DNA of 53,734 bases from Actinomycetota bacterium (GTDB lineage: Bacteria > Actinomycetota > Acidimicrobiia > IMCC26256 > VFJJ01). Shown here in pieces: positions 46,351 through 53,734 of the stretch; position 1 is the first letter of the stretch, and every line of letters starts with the position of its first letter. The stretch spans positions 1-53,734 of the forward strand of contig VFJJ01000053.1 of NCBI GenBank assembly GCA_009886115.1. The letters run 5' to 3'. The notes under the pieces are model-generated. The model saw only the letters and a program-made list of their open reading frames with translations. It had not been told where the DNA came from and did no database searches. The position numbers and the translations under genes are program-made.

Positions 46351-49275
46351 TCAGGGAGTGTTGACGGCCTGACGGCGCCGGACGCCGGTGAAGGTCTCGT
46401 GCACGATCTCGATCTCTTCCCGGAACTCCTCGTCGGGCGTCCCGTCCATGCCGTTGACGCTGAGCGTGTCGAGGCCGACCTCGGGGGTGTCCGAGACCAC
46501 GAGCAGCGCGCAGGCCGTGACCCACGGCCGTCGCCACCGGGCGTCGCGATCCTCGATCAGGTCTCGCACGACGCTGCGATGGGTCGCCGGAGCGACCAGG
46601 AAGGTCCGCGAGAGCGCTCGCAGCTGCGCCTCCACGGACAGTCCCGGCTCGAGCACCGCCATGGCCAGGCGGTCGGTGCCGACCAAGGTGACGTCGAGCC
46701 ATTCGAGAGCCAGTGCGTGGGCGTGGGCGTTCCGTTGGGCGAGTTGGAACGCCACCCGGTTGAGGGGCTCGGCACCGTGGAACATCGACAACCCGGCGAT
46801 GACGCGCCTGCGGAGGAGCATCAGTTCGTCGTGCAGCGCGCCCCGCAGCGTTCCCGCCGACGGCGTGTCCTCGAGCATCGCCAAGGCATGCAGCACATGC
46901 GCAGCATGCTCGAGGTCGGCCCGGACCACCGCCGAGCCGGCAACCTCGTCACTGCGGGGCACACCTGCAACCGTGGCCGTGGCCCCGTCGATGTCACTGC
47001 CGGGCGGCCCGAACCACACCGACGCTCGCGACGGCCCTGGCGCCGATGTTGCCGTCTGCGACGACGAGGGGGCCGACGACGGCTCCGACGCGCCGGGGCC
47101 GCCCAGCGCCGCGAGGGCCTCCATCACTGCCAGACCCACCTCTCGATCGCGATGATCCACGTGACGTCGCAGGATCGCCGCCGCTTCGGGGTCGCCGATC
47201 AAGCGGCACACCCGGGCGAGGAGCTCCTGGGCCGGTCGCCCCAGACCGAGATGGCCGTCCAGGCCCCGGTCGACGAGATCGAGCGCGAGGTCCCCGAATC
47301 GCACCAGCGCTTCAACGGCTTCCCCGGCGGTGTGACGCTCCCGGAGACAACCGATGGTCGCACCGAGCAACGGCGCGTCGTCAGGGCAACGCAACGCGGC
47401 GAGCGCGGCGTTGACGACGTGACGGTCAGCGTCGGCCAGCAGATCGCGCAACAGACCGCGTTCCAGCCACGGACCGGGCTCGCATCCTCCCAGCATCCGC
47501 GCCGCGAGCACACGCTGCGTGAGCGATGGGGAGCGAGCGCTGGCGACGATCCGCGCGGCGACGTCTCTCAACGTGCGGTCGTCACCGAGCCGGCTCAACG
47601 CCACCGAGGCTTCCAACATCACGTCGTGGTCGGCGTCGCTCAGCCCGGCTTCGATCAAGGGGAGGTCGGACGGATCACCGACCCGGCCCAGCGCCCGCAG
47701 GCCGGCAGCACGGACGCCGGGGTTGGCGTGGTCGAGCCCGCCGCGGGCGATGAGCCTGGCGGGCGCCGGATCGACGGCCACGAGGCGATCGAGCGAATCC
47801 GACCGCACGCCGACCCGATCATCGAGCGCGAGCTGCTGGAGCCTGCCGGCCAGATCTGGATGGTGAGCGATGGTCAGCACGTCGAGCCCGAGGCGGACAT
47901 CTCGTTCGTCGGCGCTGTCGAGCAGGCGCTCGATCACCTCGTGCGTGCCCGCGTCATCGATCGACAGCTCGGCGGGGTCGAGAGTGCGGTGCCGGAGGTT
48001 GGCGAGGAGGTTGGTCCGGTACTCCCGATACACGGCAATGGCGACCGCCGCCCAGGCGACGACCACGACGGCGGTGAGCACCGGCAGCACCATCCCGTCG
48101 GTACCCACGGTGGACCGCACGACGATGAGCACCAGCCCGCTGAAGCCGATGGCCACGGGCACCGCCAGACCTTCCACGTTGGCCTGGGCGGCCAGTCGCT
48201 GGGGAAGGGGGATCGCCTGGTACGCCGCACCCACCGACGAACGGGTCGCGCCGTCGCTCAGGACCATGTCGCTCGCCCGGGTGGCGACGATCAACCCGAA
48301 CACGATCGTGGCACCCGATCCCCGGATCGCCGCTGCGATGATCGTCGCCCCAACCAAGGTCAGCACCACACCCGGGTTGGCGGTCACGCCGTAGCGGAGC
48401 CCGAAGCGACGCAACAAGAACCCGGCGACGACGAGCAGGAAGATGATGTCGATCCCGTACGCTACGCCCAGGAACCGGCTGATGAAGCGGGCCAGATCCT
48501 CGCTGTCCTGGTATCGCTGATCGGCCCGGTCGAACACGAGGTAGTCGAGCCATTGGCTCTCGATCGCCGACAGGCCCTGGTACGCCATGAGCAGCAGGAC
48601 GTAGCGATTCGACAGGAGCGCCCGCAGGTTCGGCCGAACGACTCCGACCTCGTCGTGCTCGACGATCGACAGCTCGCGGGGGAACGTCCGCCTGGTGCGG
48701 GCCACCAACTCCCAGAACACCGCCGCGACAACGGCGGACGCGGCGAGGAGGTGCTCGGTACGCCCGAGCACGCCAAGCAGCAGCGGCCCGGCGACTCCAC
48801 CCACCACGAAGCCCAGCGCGAACCCAGCGATCACCCGGCCGTAGAGCGCCTTGATGGCGCGGACGTCGAGGAGCATCCCTGCCTGGCCGATGACGAACAC
48901 GAAGCCGACAGGTACCAGGATCGGCACCACCGCCAACAACGCGAACGAGACCCAGTCTGCGTCGAGGCCCACGAGCAACAGCCACGACGTGACCAGCGCC
49001 ACCGTCATGGCTCCGAGCACCCGCATGGCCACCGAGACCAGCGGACGGCGCCGCAGGGCCCGGGCCAGCATGGTGGTGGCAGCCGCTCCGGCAACGGCGG
49101 CGCCGATGTAGGTGACCGGCAAGAGCCCCGAGCCGTAGGTCTCGAGGAAGAGCGCGCTGGCTGGAATGAGGACCCAAGCGGTCGTCAGACCGAGGGTGAA
49201 CGCCTGCCCGGCCAGCAACGCGACCTTGAGCCTCGGGGACGAGATCGGGTCCCCTCCGAGCGCTGTCGCGGTCAT
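46351..49275 (-). CDS. Multi-TM (Npt1/TLC-like MFS) transporter fused to HEAT repeats
   Basis: About 11-12 TM segments with SALFLETYG..LLP.TYI, D.R..KALYG and Y..IP...R; then HEAT-like units D..VR..AL.AL. Confidence 0.78.
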   Translation of the reverse strand: MTATALGGDPISSPRLKVALLAGQAFTLGLTTAWVLIPASALFLETYGSGLLPVTYIGAAVAGAAATTMLARALRRRPLVSVAMRVLGAMTVALVTSWLLLVGLDADWVSFALLAVVPILVPVGFVFVIGQAGMLLDVRAIKALYGRVIAGFALGFVVGGVAGPLLLGVLGRTEHLLAASAVVAAVFWELVARTRRTFPRELSIVEHDEVGVVRPNLRALLSNRYVLLLMAYQGLSAIESQWLDYLVFDRADQRYQDSEDLARFISRFLGVAYGIDIIFLLVVAGFLLRRFGLRYGVTANPGVVLTLVGATIIAAAIRGSGATIVFGLIVATRASDMVLSDGATRSSVGAAYQAIPLPQRLAAQANVEGLAVPVAIGFSGLVLIVVRSTVGTDGMVLPVLTAVVVVAWAAVAIAVYREYRTNLLANLRHRTLDPAELSIDDAGTHEVIERLLDSADERDVRLGLDVLTIAHHPDLAGRLQQLALDDRVGVRSDSLDRLVAVDPAPARLIARGGLDHANPGVRAAGLRALGRVGDPSDLPLIEAGLSDADHDVMLEASVALSRLGDDRTLRDVAARIVASARSPSLTQRVLAARMLGGCEPGPWLERGLLRDLLADADRHVVNAALAALRCPDDAPLLGATIGCLRERHTAGEAVEALVRFGDLALDLVDRGLDGHLGLGRPAQELLARVCRLIGDPEAAAILRRHVDHRDREVGLAVMEALAALGGPGASEPSSAPSSSQTATSAPGPSRASVWFGPPGSDIDGATATVAGVPRSDEVAGSAVVRADLEHAAHVLHALAMLEDTPSAGTLRGALHDELMLLRRRVIAGLSMFHGAEPLNRVAFQLAQRNAHAHALALEWLDVTLVGTDRLAMAVLEPGLSVEAQLRALSRTFLVAPATHRSVVRDLIEDRDARWRRPWVTACALLVVSDTPEVGLDTLSVNGMDGTPDEEFREEIEIVHETFTGVRRRQAVNTP

Positions 49276-49742
49276 GGCGCTGCTGTTCGTTCCGGCCCCG
49301 AGCCCAGCGCGAACTCGTCGTTGAGCGTCTGCAACTGGGTGGCGAGCGAGGCGATGACGGCGCGAGCGATCTCGGATCGGTCGTCGAGCAGTTCCTCGAA
49401 CGGACGTCGGCGGAGACGCAGGAGCAGGGTGGGCTCGAGCGCGGTCACCGTCGCCGATCGCGGCGCCGGCGCGAGGACGGCGAGCTCACCGACGACGCCG
49501 CCCGGGCCCTGCTCGGCCAGGGTCCGCTCGCCAACGTGGGCTCTGACCCGTCCGTCGGCCACCACGAACAGCCAGTCCTCCATGGCCCCCCGCTCGATCA
49601 CCGTGGCGCCGGCGTCGACGCGCACCTCGTCGAGGAGTCGTGCCACGGGAACGAGCGCGTACCCGGGCACCGAGCTGAACAGGGCGACGCGCTGCAGCAC
49701 GCCGACCCGCTCGATGCTCAACAGCTCGTCGGACCGGTTCAC
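49272..49742 (-). CDS. Cyclic-nucleotide-binding domain protein
   Basis: LLSIERV..LQRVALF, G.TVIERG, LFVV..G.V, GELAVL..APRSATV.A; ATGA overlap with the downstream gene. Confidence 0.88.
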   Translation of the reverse strand: MNRSDELLSIERVGVLQRVALFSSVPGYALVPVARLLDEVRVDAGATVIERGAMEDWLFVVADGRVRAHVGERTLAEQGPGGVVGELAVLAPAPRSATVTALEPTLLLRLRRRPFEELLDDRSEIARAVIASLATQLQTLNDEFALGSGPERTAAP

Positions 49743-50115
49743 AGAAACACCCGAGCGGAGCGGACCGGCGGGGTCGTCCCGGACCGCTCCGAGCACCGGT
49801 GTCGACCCGACCGCGTGCAGGCAGCCGGGCGAACCAGCGCGGTCGCCCGCACGTCGGTGCATCGAACCGTCATGACGTCTCCGGGAGATCAAGGCCCGAT
49901 CCGTTCGAACCCCAGCTGCTGCGCAACCAGTGTCCCGACCCCGACGTTGCGCATCGGTTCCACGCTTGTTTCGGGGGCGTGAACGCAGCCGGGCCGAATC
50001 GAGCCGGGCGCTTGCCGATGTGACCGTGCTCAGCCGCGCGGCTCCAGCCCCAGCGCCTATCCTCCGCGTTCCAGGACCGGTGCAGCTCCGCCGGGACAAG
50101 ATTCGGGGGACCATC

Positions 50116-50562
50116 GTGGGACGCATCGTCGTTGGACTCGAGGGCTCGGACGGCTCGCAGGCCGCGCTGCGCTGGGCGCTCAGGCAAGCGGCCATGGCCG
50201 GCCACTCCGTCGAGGCCATCACCGCGTACTCCTTCCCCAATGCCCCCATCTATCCCGAGGTGAGCTACGTGCCCACCGAACAGCCCGGGTTGATGCAGCA
50301 GATCACCGAGATGCAGGAGAAAGCGGTCGCCGATGCCCTCGCGGCGACCGCCACCGAGGTCGAGGTCTCACGCCTGATCCTGCCCGGCCCGGCCCCCGGA
50401 GCCCTCGTGAAGGCCGCTGAGGGAGCCGATCTGCTGGTGGTGGGGTCGAGGGGTCGAGGGGGGTTCCTCGGGCTCATGCTGGGCTCGGTGAGCAACTACG
50501 TCACCCATCACGCGACCTGCCCTGTGGCCGTGGTCCGCGGGCAGGCCACGCAGTCGAGCTGA
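50116..50562 (+). CDS. Universal stress protein
   Basis: RIVVG.EGS..S..ALRWA and ADLLVVGSRGRGGF.GL.LGSVS.....HA.CPV.VV. Confidence 0.93.
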   Translation: MGRIVVGLEGSDGSQAALRWALRQAAMAGHSVEAITAYSFPNAPIYPEVSYVPTEQPGLMQQITEMQEKAVADALAATATEVEVSRLILPGPAPGALVKAAEGADLLVVGSRGRGGFLGLMLGSVSNYVTHHATCPVAVVRGQATQSS

Positions 50563-50569
50563 GCCGTTC

Positions 50570-51919
50570 GTGCCCCACACCCCCGTGCCGAGCTCGCGGC
50601 TTCGCAACGCCAGGCTGGCTGACGGGCGACAGGTCGATGTCATCATCGACGGTGGCCTGATCACCGAGGTCCAACCGGCCCAATCGTCGACCGTCGGCGC
50701 CGCGGCTGGCGACGGTACGACGGGCGCGACCACCGGAGCGGGTGGGACGGTCCGGACCGCCGGGGCGGGTCGCATCGTCGATCTCACCGGGTACGTCCTG
50801 CTCCCCGCTGCTGCCGAACCCCACGCCCACCTCGACAAGTCCCTCACCTCGGAGCTCGTCCCCAACCCCACGGGCGACCTGCCCGGGGCCATCACGGCAT
50901 GGCTCGAGTTCCGGAGCTCCCTCACGGTCGACGACATCGCCGGACGAGCCCGCGCCGGTGCGCTGGCGCTCCTGGCCAACGGGGTGACGGCGATCCGCAC
51001 GCACGTCGATGTTGGCGTCGGCATCGGGTTGCGTGGCGTCGAGGCGCTGCTGCGGGTCCGGGCCGAGCTAGCCGAGATGCTCGACCTGCAGATCGTGGCG
51101 CTCGTGAGCCGTCCGCTCGTGGGCATCGAAGGCGCCGAGAACCGTGCATTGCATCGTGAGGCCATGGCCATGGGGGCCGACGTGGTCGGCGGCTCGCCCC
51201 ACGTCGACCCCGACCCGGCTGGGCATCTCCGGGAGTGCGTGGCGCTCGCGTCTGCGCTCGGCGTGGCGCTCGACCTGCACGCCGACGAGAACCTCGACCC
51301 GGCGTCGAGTGATCTCGAGCGCCTCACGGCGGCGATTCGCGACCTCCACGGGACGCCGGGGAAACCCTGGGCCCACGGGGTGACCGCGAGCCACTGCGTG
51401 AGCCTGGGTGTCCGCCAACTCGCCGATCAGCGCCGGATCGCCGAGGCCGTCTCGGCTGCGGGCATCGGCGTCGTGACGCTGCCGATCACCAACCTGTACC
51501 TCCAGGCGCGAGGCATCGCCACCGCCGCGCCCCGCGGCCTGACCGCGATCGACGTGCTCCGCGCCGCCGGGGTCGTGGTGGCCGGCGGGGCCGACAACCA
51601 GCGCGATCCCTTCAACCCCATGGGCCGGGCCGATCCCATGGAGACCGCTGCGCTCCTGGTCGTGGCTGGGCACATGGCACCCGACGCGGCGTACGACGCC
51701 GTGAGCACCTCGGCCCGCTCGGTCATGGCACTGCCCCCGGTCGAGGTGGTGGTCGGGTCCCCCGCCGAGCTGCTGGCGATCAGGGCCGAGTCGCTCACCG
51801 AGGCGATCGGCGCCGCGGGGGGCGACCGCCTCGTGTGGCACGCCGGTCGCCTGGTGGCCCGCAGCCAGCGCCGGATCGAGCTCGACCCCGATCTGGAGAC
51901 CACGGCACACCGTGTGTGA
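50570..51919 (+). CDS. Cytosine-deaminase-like amidohydrolase
   Basis: EPHAHLDK, G.TAIRTHVD, DLHADE, ASHC.SL and GADNQRDPFNPMG. Confidence 0.88.
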   Translation: MPHTPVPSSRLRNARLADGRQVDVIIDGGLITEVQPAQSSTVGAAAGDGTTGATTGAGGTVRTAGAGRIVDLTGYVLLPAAAEPHAHLDKSLTSELVPNPTGDLPGAITAWLEFRSSLTVDDIAGRARAGALALLANGVTAIRTHVDVGVGIGLRGVEALLRVRAELAEMLDLQIVALVSRPLVGIEGAENRALHREAMAMGADVVGGSPHVDPDPAGHLRECVALASALGVALDLHADENLDPASSDLERLTAAIRDLHGTPGKPWAHGVTASHCVSLGVRQLADQRRIAEAVSAAGIGVVTLPITNLYLQARGIATAAPRGLTAIDVLRAAGVVVAGGADNQRDPFNPMGRADPMETAALLVVAGHMAPDAAYDAVSTSARSVMALPPVEVVVGSPAELLAIRAESLTEAIGAAGGDRLVWHAGRLVARSQRRIELDPDLETTAHRV

Positions 51920-51954
51920 ACATGGCGGTCCTCCGCCAGCGACAGGACCGGTCC

Positions 51955-52770
51955 ATGAGCGAGATCGTTGAACCGGCGACCAGCCCGGCGATCACACCGT
52001 CGGCCATTGGCGCGAGCTCACTGAGCTTCGAAGGCGTCTCCAAGACCTATCCCGACGGTACCGAGGCCCTCCTCGACGTGACCTTCTCGGTCGAGGCCGG
52101 CGAGTTCGTGACCGTCGTCGGACCGTCCGGCTGCGGCAAGTCGACGCTCCTCAAGATCGCATCCGATCTCACCCCGGCCACCGGGGGAAGGGTCGCCGTC
52201 CAGGCCCGGAACCTGGGCTACGTCTTCCAGGACGCAACGCTGCTCCCGTGGCGCACCGTGCAGAAGAACGTCGAGCTGCTGGCCGAGCTGCACCGCATCC
52301 CCAAGCCCCAGCGGATACGCCTGGCGACCGACGCCATCCACCTCGTGGGCCTCGACGGCTTCGAGAAGCACCACCCGCGACGGCTCTCGGGAGGCATGCG
52401 CATGCGGGTGTCACTTGCTCGGGCGCTGACCCTCAAGCCCGAGGTCTTCTTGTTCGACGAGCCGTTCGGGGCCCTCGACGAGATCACCCGCGAGCGACTC
52501 AACGACGAGTTGCTCCGCCTGTTCATCAGTGAGCGCTTCGCCGGGCTGTTCATCACGCACTCGGTCTACGAGGCGGTGTTCCTCTCGACGAGAGTCCTCG
52601 TCATGTCGGCCCGGCCCGGGCGGATCGTCGCCGACTTCGCCATCCCCTTCGCCTATCCCCGTCCGCCCGATCTGCGCTTCGCTCCCGAGTTCGCCGAGCT
52701 CTCGGGCGCGGTCTCGCACGCGCTCCGGGCCGGCTACGCCGATGCCGCGGGAGACCCCGCGTTGGGTTGA
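51955..52770 (+). CDS. ABC transporter ATP-binding protein (NitT/TauT family)
   Basis: GPSGCGKST, VFQD.TLLPW, LSGGMRMR and DEPFGALDEITRE; alternative ATG at 51922. Confidence 0.93.
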   Translation: MSEIVEPATSPAITPSAIGASSLSFEGVSKTYPDGTEALLDVTFSVEAGEFVTVVGPSGCGKSTLLKIASDLTPATGGRVAVQARNLGYVFQDATLLPWRTVQKNVELLAELHRIPKPQRIRLATDAIHLVGLDGFEKHHPRRLSGGMRMRVSLARALTLKPEVFLFDEPFGALDEITRERLNDELLRLFISERFAGLFITHSVYEAVFLSTRVLVMSARPGRIVADFAIPFAYPRPPDLRFAPEFAELSGAVSHALRAGYADAAGDPALG

Positions 52771-52837
52771 GCGCCGTCCGCAGGCGCGGGCGGTCCGGGC
52801 GGTCCGGGCGGTCCGGCGGCGGCGCAGGCTGCTCGGC

Positions 52838-53422
52838 TCAGAGCCGGGCGAGGCGCCGCTCGACGCTCGAGAGGAACTCGAGGCGGTCGTCGTCGGTGGC
52901 CCGGTCCATGCCGTACATGGCGATCCAGCGCGTCCGGGCCAACGGATGGCACAGCACGCGGATGCCCCGTCCGATGAGGTGCTTGCCGGCCTCACCCTGG
53001 ATGACGTTGACGAGCTTGGACGAGCCGTGCGTGGTGACGACCGCCAACCGGTGCACGTTGCGCAGCTTGGGCTTGATGCGCTTCGATCCCGGCGCCTGGG
53101 TGAACGCCACCCCCTCGATGAAGACCCGATCCAACCAACCCTTCAGGATGGCCGGTTGGGCACCCCACCAGGTGGGGTGCACGAACACGATGCCTCGGGC
53201 CCATCGCACCGCGCGTACGTACGTGCCGATATCAACCCGATCTTCTGGTCGCGCGCCCGACGCGTTCTCATCGAGGGTGCGGCGGGGCTCGAAGCCTTCG
53301 GCGTAGAGGTCGATGAGCCTCACGTCGTGACCGGCGCCGCGAAGCGCCTTCAGCGCCGTATCGCGCGCCGCCGCTGCGAAACTGTCCTCCACCGGATGGG
53401 CGTACACCACGAGCACGTTCAC
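52838..53422 (-). CDS. Flavodoxin-fold NAD(P)H-dependent (quinone) oxidoreductase
   Basis: VLVVYAHP...SF, DLYAEGF.P, PTWW...PAILKGWLDRVF and TTHGS. Confidence 0.9.
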   Translation of the reverse strand: MNVLVVYAHPVEDSFAAAARDTALKALRGAGHDVRLIDLYAEGFEPRRTLDENASGARPEDRVDIGTYVRAVRWARGIVFVHPTWWGAQPAILKGWLDRVFIEGVAFTQAPGSKRIKPKLRNVHRLAVVTTHGSSKLVNVIQGEAGKHLIGRGIRVLCHPLARTRWIAMYGMDRATDDDRLEFLSSVERRLARL

Positions 53423-53734
53423 CGACGACCGAGCGTTTGGCGCGTTCGGCGCATCAGGCGCGTCCGGTGCATCCCGCCGAGCGTGTTCTCGACCTTCGAG
53501 AGGAACTCCAGACGCTGGTCGTCGGTGGATGTGTCGATCCCGTAGAGGCCGAGCCAGCGGGTGCGGGCGAGGGGATGGCACAGCAGGCGCAGGGCGCGGG
53601 TGAGCGTGCGCCGGCCCCCATCGGCGGCGAAGCGGATCGACCACCGCGGCGAGCCGTAGGTGGTGATGCCCACGATGCGGCGCACCTTCCCCAAGCCCCG
53701 CTTGACCTTGTGCGTGCTGGGATCGAGCACGAAC
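53419..53734 (-). CDS. Second flavodoxin-fold NAD(P)H oxidoreductase paralog (5' part outside the window)
   Basis: ITTYGS...LCHPLARTRWL..YG.D..TDD.RLEFL..VE mirrors the downstream gene; GTGA overlap. Confidence 0.82.
   Translation of the reverse strand, partial: FVLDPSTHKVKRGLGKVRRIVGITTYGSPRWSIRFAADGGRRTLTRALRLLCHPLARTRWLGLYGIDTSTDDQRLEFLSKVENTLGGMHRTRLMRRTRQTLGRR

Noticed and set aside
49739..49873. 44-aa minus-strand ORF coupled (GTGA) to the cNMP gene, with a hairpin at 49756-49791
   Set aside because: Poor codon usage and an Arg-rich, shadow-like sequence; cannot be told from chance
46399..49875. 1158-aa + strand ORF, and similar long ORFs such as 31051-33825(-), 11214-13430(+) and 33327-35561(+)
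   Set aside because: Antisense or alternate-frame shadows of well-supported genes in high-GC DNA; no recognisable motifs

Overview
High-GC actinobacterial chromosomal window, most likely Acidimicrobiia (inferred from the GYWLVASDGGVFAFG-type surface repeats, the F420-dependent LLM enzyme and a RegX3-like regulator). It holds about 45 mostly metabolic and transport genes, including cysQ, acdS, surE, a ROK kinase, sthA, argG, coaE, several MFS transporters, a Mo-bisPGD oxidoreductase and an acyl-CoA carboxyltransferase. I found no rRNA, tRNA, CRISPR array or transposase. Signals the ORF track misses: (1) A candidate small-peptide signalling locus at 2.4-9.9 kb. A 32-aa hydrophobic sORF (MSKRTTLGIVFTTTMISLAGFVTPVIGWIKWI) and an 8-aa sORF (MCDFAKIR, with its own RBS and terminator) flank a STAND/AAA-LuxR regulator. 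Each lies downstream of a copy of a shared operator-like motif, next to an MFS transporter and a membrane-sensor GGDEF-EAL protein. (2) A UGSC-family selenoprotein split by an in-frame UGA, with a SECIS-like hairpin, beside its conserved partner gene. (3) A DUF5522-like-CysQ fusion. (4) A surface protein with three tandem homologous beta-rich domains. (5) Three decayed genes: a collapsed two-component pair, an amber-interrupted GH26 and a PKD-like fragment. All family calls come from motif recognition by eye; no database searches were run.
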